Below, piece by piece: positions 37,101-44,174 of a stretch of DNA of 58,294 nucleotides. How positions within the stretch are numbered: position 1 is the first letter of the stretch; each line of letters begins with the position of its first letter. The translations under genes were made by a program, and so were the position numbers. A model generated the notes under the pieces. It did not search any database and was not told the DNA's origin. It saw nothing but the letters and a program-made list of their open reading frames with translations. This DNA comes from a virus (Duplodnaviria; Caudoviricetes), in IMG/VR virus record IMGVR_UViG_3300025767_000021, positions 1-58,294 of that record; one strand, given 5' to 3'.

Positions 37101-40100
37101 CTGCAGATGCAATCGTTGGATTAGACCAAAGTAGAATCCTTAGTGGTTCGGTAACTGCATCTACAAATCCTGCCTATGGTTTTAGAGTAGATTCTATTGA
37201 TAGTGGCTCAACATTTATTGGTGATGTGTTTATTGATGGTAATTTATCAGCATCAATTATAACAGCAACTACTGAAGTATTTACACCAAGAATTACTTCA
37301 TCATTTGTAGGACCATATCAGGGTGAAAACCAAGGTATTGATATACCTGAAGATTTAGATATCTTAGTATTTGATTCAGATGCAAACAAATTTAGACCTG
37401 TATCCCAATTTGGTGATACAGCGTTATTCCCATTTGAGAATGTAACTCAAGTAACATTCCAACACAATTTTAGTTTAGATTACCCAGTAGTTCAGATTTA
37501 TGAAACTGGTTCCAACGGACAAATCATTCCACAAGCCATTGAATCAATTGATAGTTCATCGGTTAGAGTAACATTTAGTGGATTGACAAGTGGACATGCG
37601 GTAATTGGTACTGGTGGTAGATTAGCTGGGTTTACAAAGGGTGATGATGTAGTGGGGACAGTACTTTCAGCATCATACGCTGAGTTTGCACAAAACGCAG
37701 CAACTGCATCAAACTTATTAGGATTTAGTTCAGAATCTCTTGCTGAGATTGGAAACTTATCACAATATATTAAGAGTGAACAAACGGCATCGATGACTGT
37801 ACTTTCAGCATCTTATGCTGAAACCGCATCATTCGCAATAAACGCTGGTGATTTTAATACTGATTTATTCGTAAGAACTGACCAAACTGCATCGATGACT
37901 GTTTTATCAGCATCATACGCACTTTCAGCATCTTACGCTATCAATGCTGTATCTGCGGAAGATTATGTGAGAAACTCACAAACGGCATCGATGACTGTAC
38001 TTTCAGCATCTTATGCACAAACTGCTTCATTCGCATTAAATGCTGGTGATTTTGTTGGAGAAAACTTCTTACCTAAAAATGGTGTTGGTGTATTCTCTGG
38101 TAGTTTCTTAATCACTGGTAGTTTGGGTGTAACTGGTAGTGTATTCTTCGATGGATTACCTGAAGGTACATCGGATACTGTTTTAGTACTTAATACATCT
38201 ACCAATAGAGTAGAGACAAGACCTGTAACCGCAGTTAGTGGTACTTCTGGAACTGGTGGTACTTCAGGTTCTTCTGGTAGTGGAGGTTCATCTGGTTCGT
38301 CTGGAACATCGGGAACTAGCGGCACTTCTGGAACATCGGGAACTTCTGGAACTAGCGGCACTTCTGGTACATCAGGAACTTCTGGAACAAGTGGAACAAC
38401 AGGTTCGGCTGGTTCTTCTGGTTCAAGTGGAAGTAGTGGAACAACTGGTACTTCTGGGACAAGTGGTACATCTGGGACAAGTGGTACTTCTGGTACAAGC
38501 GGAACAAGCGGTACTTCTGGAACATCTGGAACAAGTGGTACTTCTGGGACAAGTGGTACTTCTGGAAGTAGTGGAAGTAGTGGTTCTTCTGGAACAAGTG
38601 GAAGTAGTGGTTCTTCTGGTTCAAGTGGAAGTAGTGGAACATCCGGTACATCTGGAAGTGGTGGTACATCTGGGACAAGTGGTACTTCTGGTACAAGCGG
38701 AACATCGGGTACAAGTGGTACTTCTGGTACAAGCGGTACAAGCGGTACAAGCGGAAGTTCTGGTTCAAGTGGAAGTAGTGGAACATCTGGTAGTGGAGGT
38801 TCATCCGGAACTTCTGGTTCGGGTGGAACTTCTGGTACTTCTGGTTCATCAGGTTCAAGTGGTTCATCTGGTTCATCTGGTACTTCTGGTAGTGGAGGTT
38901 CATCTGGTACTTCTGGTAGTGGAGGAACTTCAGGTTCGTCTGGTTCAAGCGGTAGTAGTGGAAGTAGTGGTACTTCTGGTACAAGCGGAACAAGCGGAAC
39001 AAGTGGTACTTCTGGTACATCGGGCTCATCAGGTTCATCTGGTAGTAGTGGTAGTGGAGGAACTTCAGGCTCATCTGGTTCATCTGGTAGTAGTGGTACA
39101 AGTGGTGCACAAGGTTCTTCCGGCTCCGCTGGTACTTCTGGAACATCGGGTTCATCGGGTTCCGCAGGGACAAGTGGTACATCGGGAACTTCTGGAACAA
39201 GTGGTGAGAGAGGTTCATCGGGTTCAGCTGGGACAAGTGGTACATCTGGTACAAACGGAACTTCTGGAACTGGTGGAACAAGCGGAACTACTGGAACTTC
39301 AGGAACATCTGGGACAAGTGGTACATCGGGTACATCGGGAACTTCTGGGACATCTGGGACAAGTGGAACATCGGGAACTTCTGGTACTTCGGGAACAACT
39401 GGTTCATTCGGAACATCAGGAACTTCTGGTACTTCTGGGACAAGTGGTAGTGGAGGTTCAGCTGGTACATCGGGAACATCTGGGACAGGCGGAACTTCAG
39501 GAACTTCAGGTTCAACTGGAACCGCTGGAACTTCTGGAACTAGCGGAACTTCGGGTACTTCTGGAACAAGTGGTTCAAATGGAACATCTGGAACAAGCGG
39601 CAGTAGTGGTAGTAGTGGAACATCAGGAACAACTGGTTCTTATGGTACTTCAGGTACATCTGGAACAAGTGGGGTAGATGGTTCTTCGGGTTCATCTGGT
39701 ACAGCTGGAACTGGTGGCACATCAGGAACTTCTGGAACAACTGGTTCTTATGGTACTTCAGGTACATCTGCTGAAGGTTCATCTGGTACTGCTGGGACAA
39801 GTGGAAGTGGAGGAACTTCTGGAACAAGTGGCAGAGATGGTACAAATGGAACTTCAGGTACATCTGGAACTTCGGCTGAAGGAAGTAGTGGTACTTCTGG
39901 AACAAGTGGTTCAAATGGTACTTCAGGCACTGGTGGTTCTTCGGGTACATCTGGGTTAAGTGGTACAAATGGTAGTGGAGGAACTTCGGGTACATCTGGG
40001 ATTAGTGGTTCATCCGGTACTTCTGGTGTTGATGGTACTTCTGGTTCATCTGGAACAAGTGGTATAAGTGGTAGTAGTGGTACATCTGGAGTAGGAACAA

Positions 40101-42046
40101 ATGGTACTTCAGGTACAGGTGGTACTTCTGGATTGGATGGTACTTACTTTGGAAGTTCTGGAACCTCAGGCTCATCTGGTGTTGATGGTGCTAGTGGTTC
40201 ATCTGGTTCATCTGGAACAACTGGTACTTCTGGGACAAGTGGTGTGGATGGAACATTCTTCGGAAGTAGTGGTACGACTGGTACTTCTGGAATTAGTGGA
40301 ACATCGGGTACAAGTGGTATTGGTTCTTCTGGTACTTCTGGGACAAGTGGTACTGGTTCGTCTGGTACAAGTGGTACATCAGGTTTAGATGGAACATTCT
40401 TCGGTTCATCTGGAACTTCTGGGACAAGTGGTATTAGTGGTTCATCTGGTACTTCTGGATTGGGCACAAATGGAACTTCAGGTACCTCTGGTGTAGATGG
40501 TACATTCTTCGGAAGCAGTGGTACGGCCGGTACTTCTGGGACAAGTGGAGCCGGTACAAGTGGTTCATCTGGAACAACTGGTACATCTGGTACAAGTGGG
40601 GTAGATGGTACATTCTTTGGTAGTAGTGGTACTTCGGGTACAAATGGTACATCTGGTACAAGTGGGGCTGGTACAAGTGGTAGTTCTGGTTCATCGGGTA
40701 CGAGTGGTACTTCTGGATTGGATGGTACTTACTTTGGAAGTAGTGGTACTTCTGGTACTAATGGTACTTCTGGAGAAAGCGGTTCTAATGGTACAAGTGG
40801 TGTAAGTGGAACGGCTGGTACATCTGGAACATCAGGTTTAGATGGAACATTCTTTGGCTCTTCGGGAACCGCTGGTACTTCTGGAACATCTGGAATAAGT
40901 GGAACGGCTGGTAGTGGGGGTACTTCAGGTATAAGTGGAACAGCTGGTACATCTGGAACATCGGGTAGAGATGGTACTTTCTTCGGAAGTAATGGTACAT
41001 CTGGAACGAGTGGAAGTAGTGGCTCTTCGGGTACTTCTGGTATAGGTTCAAATGGAACAAGTGGTACTTCTGGAACAAGCGGCTTGGATGGTACATTCTT
41101 TGGTTCATCCGGTACTTCTGGTACTTCGGGTGTAAGTGGTAGTAGTGGTACTTCTGGATTGGGTTCACATGGTACTTCTGGAACATCAGGTTTGGATGGT
41201 ACTTTCTTTGGAAGTAGTGGTTCATCTGGAACTTCTGGGACAAGTGGTCTTGGTGGTTCTTCTGGTACTTCTGGTTTGGGTTCACATGGTACTTCGGGTA
41301 CCTCTGGTACAAGTGGATTAGATGGAACATATTTTGGTTCAAGTGGTTCATCGGGAACCTCAGGTTCATCGGGTTCGTCTGGTACAAGTGGATTTGGCTC
41401 ATCAGGTTCTTCTGGTACATCTGGTATAGATGGTACTTTCTTTGGAACGCAAGGTATTGATGGTTCAAATGGTTCGGCTGGTACTTCGGGAACAACAGGT
41501 TCAGCTGGCTCATCTGGTTCTACTGGTACGGCTGGTTCATCTGGCTCATCTGGTAGTAGTGGAACAAGCGGATTCTTACAATTAGATAGTGATGGTAATA
41601 ATAGAGTTATCACTGCTGATGGTGATGGAACTGCAACCGCTGAAACTAATTTAACTTTCGATGGAAACTTATTAGATGTAACTGGTGATTTAGATGTAAG
41701 TGATGCAACATTCTCTACGAGATTCCATGAGAATTACAATAACATTGGAAACTCTACTGGCACAACTAATATCAACTTAGCAACCGCTAACAACTTCAGA
41801 ATTAATAGAACTGGAAATATTACAATTACAATTTCCAACGCACCAACAGGTCCTCGTTCAATTGGATTCACATTGGTGATGGAAGATGGTGGACCAGGTG
41901 CAACAGTAAATTGGCCAGGCACAATCGAATGGGCAAATGGTGCAGCTCCAACATTGACTACTGGAGGTAAGGATATTTTGGTATTCTATACTTATGATGG
42001 AGGGACAACATATTATGGATTCCTAAGTGCTAACAATATAAGTTAA
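31109..42046 (+). CDS. Giant 3645-aa fibre protein with SGS-rich repeats, cupredoxin-like domains and a long Gly-X-Y tract
   Basis: Many FSGSGxxLFxIPxxAL...SGSVTASV repeats; GHPF...CSIHSTM; about 1100 aa of GTS/GSS; fibre-like C-terminus DILVFYTYDGGTTYYG. Confidence 0.8.
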   Translation: MSQLLSGKVKVVRPTDVSEDRYEYLRLNEAEPNLGVPESGSISSGSIALVASDADGNRLFVTTLQLDQFSGSFSGSFAGDGSELNNLPDVPQLRSGSVSASIAPNTGFLVNTSASFFGDIDVDGTARITGDLIVDNRIVAREIIVEIISSSIIFSTGSNIFGDELTDRQIFTGSVEMTGSLTVDGNTNITGSVGIIGGVGILGNTTISGSVFVSESIEANIISASIFSGSGEALFNIPQSALSDNSPLIASGAVTASTENNVFTVTSVESGSIFSGSIQLSSGSVFSGSGAELFDIPRSALAPDALQSPLIVTGSVTASVSTDGFFRVQSTGSVTTELSGSLFVSGNVQLISGSSFSGSGENLFNIPKSALTEDALLSNLITTGSVTASVSEDGFFRVFGTGSVTSEFSGSVFVSGGVQLNSGSAFSGSGANLFDIPRSALTEDARLSNLITTGSVSASVSEDGFFRVFGTGSVTTELSGSVFVSGNLQLNSGSAFSGSGENLFNIPQAALAFEINRITSGSVTASVSPNEGFVVISEDSGSTFSGSIFLSSGSFFSGSGENLFNIPRAALTEDALLSNRIVSGAVTASVTPEDGFVVTSVESGSTFIGSVDVTGSVNIPSGSGFFSGSGLGLFDIPESALAFEINRITSGSVTASVDPNAGFVVISEDSGSTFSGSIFLASGSFISGSGEQLFDIPFSALSDEAQNAIESLLSVQAGRLATGSVTASVDPNDGFVVVSELSGSTFSGSVFLSSGSFFSGSGENLFNIPRSALVEDALLSNLITTGSVTASVSTDGFFRVQGTGSVTTELSGSLFVSGNVEINSGSSFSGSGANLFNIPRTALTDDALISNLIATGSVTASVSTDGIFKVYSTGSVKSEFSGSVFVSESLEAKKITADEFTGSFSGSFAGDGSQLNNIPQSALSEDANRIASGSVTASVSPNFGFVVNSSGSIQGDLTVDNDLFVGGRITAQELYVDFISSSIIYSSGSNIFGDDSGSDTQKLFGETEVYGNISASGFITSSGFVGDGSGLFNIPQSALSDNSPLIASGAVTASTEDELFRVISVGSGSIFSGSIEVSGSVQLSSGYAFSGSGENLFNIPQSALSEDAARIASGSATASISPNLGFVVNTSSSIEGDLNVIGTTSASIFSGSGESLFNIPLSAITEEAFRIVSGSVTASVDPNRGFEVNSTGRFDGGITTSGSLIASSSQAVIPTGSLLTTFDIANNGSSDYVFSGAIDGNDPTLTLVKNVTYTFNIDAEGHPFYIKSVPGTTLTGVITGSQIDGFNGTDSGSFTFTPTGSSVTLYYNCSIHSTMGNSISLVEEIYEDEIPHTLIGSVNVIGNQKITGSLSTTGDIDTTIVRATEFSGSFSGSGANLFDIPLTALAEDVVRRTFIASGSVTASTDPSYGFNVNTSASIDGDLVVGGGLNVSSSVIYETLPVSHSVIVSQSKFVVDGTSQKILKVVKGTSYYFNLSDSTNIGNTLRLSTVSDGIHNGGTLEYTTAVVSSSVLPGNSGAFLSFIPTGSTPNTLYYYSEETASYGGAILVYNSKPEITRNIFTGDVDITGSLDVTETITSNELIVNKASGSFSGSFAGDGSQLRNIQADLSPVIASGSATASVESGDTFIVTALNSGSRFIGNVDVSGSTTIGYNTGSTNLVVTGSVKVQDTVTAGFFVGDGSQLDNVQAAAAPLIASGSATASVASGDTFVVISPLSGSVFTGSVLITGSFDVVDGIISGDGSGLTNISIANLSFDTARLATGSYTASISPDGEFKVFDTGITGSVLTSLSGSLNVSESLTVGGIITGDGSGITNIDIANLAIDSSKIFTGSVSASVSEDGYFRVFDNVGGSVISEFSGSVFISESISASLYQGDGGGLYNIPLDALEDLQLSRINSGSVTASVDPNLGFVVNSSISGTLFVGDGGGLFNIPAESLVDLELPQIVSGAISASVNPEYGFAVYSPLSGSTFTGSLFISGNTTIPSGSGYFSGSGEGLFNIPADAIVGLDQSRILSGSVTASTNPAYGFRVDSIDSGSTFIGDVFIDGNLSASIITATTEVFTPRITSSFVGPYQGENQGIDIPEDLDILVFDSDANKFRPVSQFGDTALFPFENVTQVTFQHNFSLDYPVVQIYETGSNGQIIPQAIESIDSSSVRVTFSGLTSGHAVIGTGGRLAGFTKGDDVVGTVLSASYAEFAQNAATASNLLGFSSESLAEIGNLSQYIKSEQTASMTVLSASYAETASFAINAGDFNTDLFVRTDQTASMTVLSASYALSASYAINAVSAEDYVRNSQTASMTVLSASYAQTASFALNAGDFVGENFLPKNGVGVFSGSFLITGSLGVTGSVFFDGLPEGTSDTVLVLNTSTNRVETRPVTAVSGTSGTGGTSGSSGSGGSSGSSGTSGTSGTSGTSGTSGTSGTSGTSGTSGTSGTTGSAGSSGSSGSSGTTGTSGTSGTSGTSGTSGTSGTSGTSGTSGTSGTSGTSGTSGSSGSSGSSGTSGSSGSSGSSGSSGTSGTSGSGGTSGTSGTSGTSGTSGTSGTSGTSGTSGTSGSSGSSGSSGTSGSGGSSGTSGSGGTSGTSGSSGSSGSSGSSGTSGSGGSSGTSGSGGTSGSSGSSGSSGSSGTSGTSGTSGTSGTSGTSGSSGSSGSSGSGGTSGSSGSSGSSGTSGAQGSSGSAGTSGTSGSSGSAGTSGTSGTSGTSGERGSSGSAGTSGTSGTNGTSGTGGTSGTTGTSGTSGTSGTSGTSGTSGTSGTSGTSGTSGTSGTTGSFGTSGTSGTSGTSGSGGSAGTSGTSGTGGTSGTSGSTGTAGTSGTSGTSGTSGTSGSNGTSGTSGSSGSSGTSGTTGSYGTSGTSGTSGVDGSSGSSGTAGTGGTSGTSGTTGSYGTSGTSAEGSSGTAGTSGSGGTSGTSGRDGTNGTSGTSGTSAEGSSGTSGTSGSNGTSGTGGSSGTSGLSGTNGSGGTSGTSGISGSSGTSGVDGTSGSSGTSGISGSSGTSGVGTNGTSGTGGTSGLDGTYFGSSGTSGSSGVDGASGSSGSSGTTGTSGTSGVDGTFFGSSGTTGTSGISGTSGTSGIGSSGTSGTSGTGSSGTSGTSGLDGTFFGSSGTSGTSGISGSSGTSGLGTNGTSGTSGVDGTFFGSSGTAGTSGTSGAGTSGSSGTTGTSGTSGVDGTFFGSSGTSGTNGTSGTSGAGTSGSSGSSGTSGTSGLDGTYFGSSGTSGTNGTSGESGSNGTSGVSGTAGTSGTSGLDGTFFGSSGTAGTSGTSGISGTAGSGGTSGISGTAGTSGTSGRDGTFFGSNGTSGTSGSSGSSGTSGIGSNGTSGTSGTSGLDGTFFGSSGTSGTSGVSGSSGTSGLGSHGTSGTSGLDGTFFGSSGSSGTSGTSGLGGSSGTSGLGSHGTSGTSGTSGLDGTYFGSSGSSGTSGSSGSSGTSGFGSSGSSGTSGIDGTFFGTQGIDGSNGSAGTSGTTGSAGSSGSTGTAGSSGSSGSSGTSGFLQLDSDGNNRVITADGDGTATAETNLTFDGNLLDVTGDLDVSDATFSTRFHENYNNIGNSTGTTNINLATANNFRINRTGNITITISNAPTGPRSIGFTLVMEDGGPGATVNWPGTIEWANGAAPTLTTGGKDILVFYTYDGGTTYYGFLSANNIS
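38236..41572 (+). repeat. Gly-X-Y (GTS/GSS) low-complexity tract with 12 DGT[FY]FG punctuations
   Basis: Directly visible in the translation; 9-nt periodicity in the DNA. Confidence 0.95.
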
Positions 42047-42059
42047 TGAGTTATGAATT

Positions 42060-42980
42060 ATGAGTATAGCAAGAAGATTATTATCAATAGAAGCAGGACA
42101 AGTGAGACCTTTTAAATTTACAATACAAACCACAACATCAAACACTCAGTTTGAATTACCCATCAATGTGGGTACATTACCTAATCCAAATATAACTGTG
42201 GACTGGGGTGATGGTGGAGGTACTACTACAATTACCACTAAAAATTCCGTAAGTAGGTTTCACACATATTCATCTGCTGGTACATATCAAATTATAGTAA
42301 ATGGATACTGCCCAGCTTTCAATGTAAACAACTCATCTTATAGAATTTTATATCGTTCTGTTGATGATTGGGGGCAAGTTGATTTTCAACAAATTGATTT
42401 TTATGGATGTACTAATTTAACATCATTACCCAATGATGGCTCAAATAATGCAACTTTGAATGAGGGTTTAAATACTGTTGTTAATTTTGATTCAACATTC
42501 AGACAAACTGGCATAAGTTATATTCCAAATGGATTATTTGATTATGCCTCAAACGCTAAAACTTTTATTAACACATTCGTATTCTGTCAAGGTATTACAT
42601 CAATCCCATCTGGATTATTTGATAATAATACATTGGTAACTGCATTTTCTGGTACATTTAACGCATGTTTAAATTTAACATCAATCCCATCTGGATTATT
42701 TGATAATAATACTTTAGTTGTAAACTTTGAATCAGTTTTCAGAAACTGCCGTAAGGTAACTTCTATTCCATCAAATTTCTTTACATATAATCAATCGGTT
42801 ACAACATTTGCAAATTCATTTAATATGGCAACTACTGTAAATCAATTGGGTGGTAGTACTCCACAAGATTTAAGTGGAAATGAAATTTGGCAAAGAACAC
42901 CAACACCAACAGGTACTGATTGTTTCGCATTTTGTACAGGTTTAACTAATTTCGCATCAATACCACCAACATTTACTTAA
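42060..42980 (+). CDS. BspA/DUF285-type leucine-rich-repeat protein with PKD-like N-terminus (candidate receptor-binding tip)
   Basis: TVDWGDG...HTYSSAGTY followed by repeats such as TSIPSGLFDNNTLVTAFSGTFNACLNL. Confidence 0.75.
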   Translation: MSIARRLLSIEAGQVRPFKFTIQTTTSNTQFELPINVGTLPNPNITVDWGDGGGTTTITTKNSVSRFHTYSSAGTYQIIVNGYCPAFNVNNSSYRILYRSVDDWGQVDFQQIDFYGCTNLTSLPNDGSNNATLNEGLNTVVNFDSTFRQTGISYIPNGLFDYASNAKTFINTFVFCQGITSIPSGLFDNNTLVTAFSGTFNACLNLTSIPSGLFDNNTLVVNFESVFRNCRKVTSIPSNFFTYNQSVTTFANSFNMATTVNQLGGSTPQDLSGNEIWQRTPTPTGTDCFAFCTGLTNFASIPPTFT

Positions 42981-42986
42981 AAGATT

Positions 42987-43442
42987 ATGTACTTAAAAGT
43001 TTCAGGTTCAAATATTACTTATCCATATTCGGTTGAACAATTAAAATCCGAAAATAAAAATATTAGTTTTCCAACTATTATTTCGGATTCTTTATTGGAA
43101 ACATTTGGTGTTTATAAAGTTGAATTGGTGGATGTTGGGTATGATGATGATTATACCAAAGATGTTGTGGAGGTAACTCCTACACTATCTGGTTCAGTAT
43201 ATATTCAAACTTATGAAATAACTGATGCGGATGAAACAACAATTAACACAAGAAAAGAAATAAAGTGGGAAGAAATTAGAGAAGAAAGAAATCAACTCTT
43301 ATCAGCATGCGATTGGACACAATTCCAAGATTCACCAGTCACTGGTTCAACATTAACGGAGTGGCAAACTTACAGACAACAACTTAGAAATATAACAAAT
43401 CAACCCAATCCATTTGATATTAGTTGGCCAACTAAGCCTTGA
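42987..43442 (+). CDS. Tail fibre assembly chaperone-like protein
   Basis: C-terminal WEEIREERNQLLSACDWTQ.QDSP...WQTYRQQLRNIT...WPTKP signature. Confidence 0.85.
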   Translation: MYLKVSGSNITYPYSVEQLKSENKNISFPTIISDSLLETFGVYKVELVDVGYDDDYTKDVVEVTPTLSGSVYIQTYEITDADETTINTRKEIKWEEIREERNQLLSACDWTQFQDSPVTGSTLTEWQTYRQQLRNITNQPNPFDISWPTKP

Positions 43443-43465
43443 GAGGTTAAAAGATAATTCTTTAA

Positions 43466-43473
43466 TATTTATA
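43466..43473 (+). promoter_or_regulatory. TATTTATA putative late promoter
   Basis: Recurrent motif, 21 nt before ATG 43495. Confidence 0.6.
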
Positions 43474-43494
43474 CCTAACAAAAGGTAATTATCA

Positions 43495-43827
43495 ATGAGA
43501 ATAGACGGCCCAAGTTTTTCCGGTTCGATTACACAAGCTCCTTCGGCATACGCTGAATTGAGTGGTTCATTTACTGGTTCATTTAGTGGTTCAGTTACTG
43601 GTTCATTTACTGGAGATATTACGGTTGAACAAGCTGAGTTTACTGATTTAATAGTTAGGGAAACCTTAACAGTTGGTACTTCCAATACTGGTAGTGGTGT
43701 AAATATCATCAATAGCGGTTCGGTTGAAATAAGTGGTTCGGTAAATGTTACTTCTGGTAATTCATTTACAGTAGATGGTGTAGATGTATTGGACTCGGCT
43801 TTGGCATTCTCAATAGCATTAGGATAA
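43495..43827 (+). CDS. Small SGS/TGS-rich virion protein
   Basis: SGSFTGSFSGSVTGSFTG repeats; C-terminal ALAFSIALG. Confidence 0.6.
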   Translation: MRIDGPSFSGSITQAPSAYAELSGSFTGSFSGSVTGSFTGDITVEQAEFTDLIVRETLTVGTSNTGSGVNIINSGSVEISGSVNVTSGNSFTVDGVDVLDSALAFSIALG

Positions 43828-43831
43828 GAAT

Positions 43832-44164
43832 ATGGCAAATATATTTAAAAATAGTATAAAAGGACCTGCTAGTACTGGTGGATTGGTTGTTTACACAACC
43901 CCAGCCGCTACATCAACAACTGTGATTGGTGTAAATGTGGCAAATATTGTATCTCAAAATATTTATGTAGATGTGGAGATAACTGATAGTTCTGCTGGAG
44001 TTACTAAATATTTAGTAAAGGGAGCTGTAATCCCACAAGGTTCATCCGCTGTTTTGGTGGGTGGAGAACAAAAGGTTGTGTTGGAAGCAAGTGACTTAAT
44101 AACGGTAACATCTAATGTAACTGATTCGGCAGATGTTATTGTTTCAGTATTAGAGATATCATAA
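43832..44164 (+). CDS. Small virion accessory beta protein
   Basis: MANIFKN...VYTTPAATSTTVIG...KVVLEASDLI...VSVLEIS; paralogous to the ends of 30225..31082. Confidence 0.65.
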   Translation: MANIFKNSIKGPASTGGLVVYTTPAATSTTVIGVNVANIVSQNIYVDVEITDSSAGVTKYLVKGAVIPQGSSAVLVGGEQKVVLEASDLITVTSNVTDSADVIVSVLEIS

Positions 44165-44174
44165 ATAGAGGTTA

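Noticed and set aside
38236-41572. Possible CRISPR array or non-coding tandem repeat
   Set aside because: No fixed repeat with unique spacers; variation is largely synonymous within an open reading frame.
38011-41613. Long alternative-frame and minus-strand ORFs (PEVPEVP..., VLLVQVV..., MYHLxQ...) over the Gly-X-Y tract
   Set aside because: Shadow ORFs of the 9-nt periodic GGT/TCT/ACT repeat, which lacks stop codons in other frames; no start signals.
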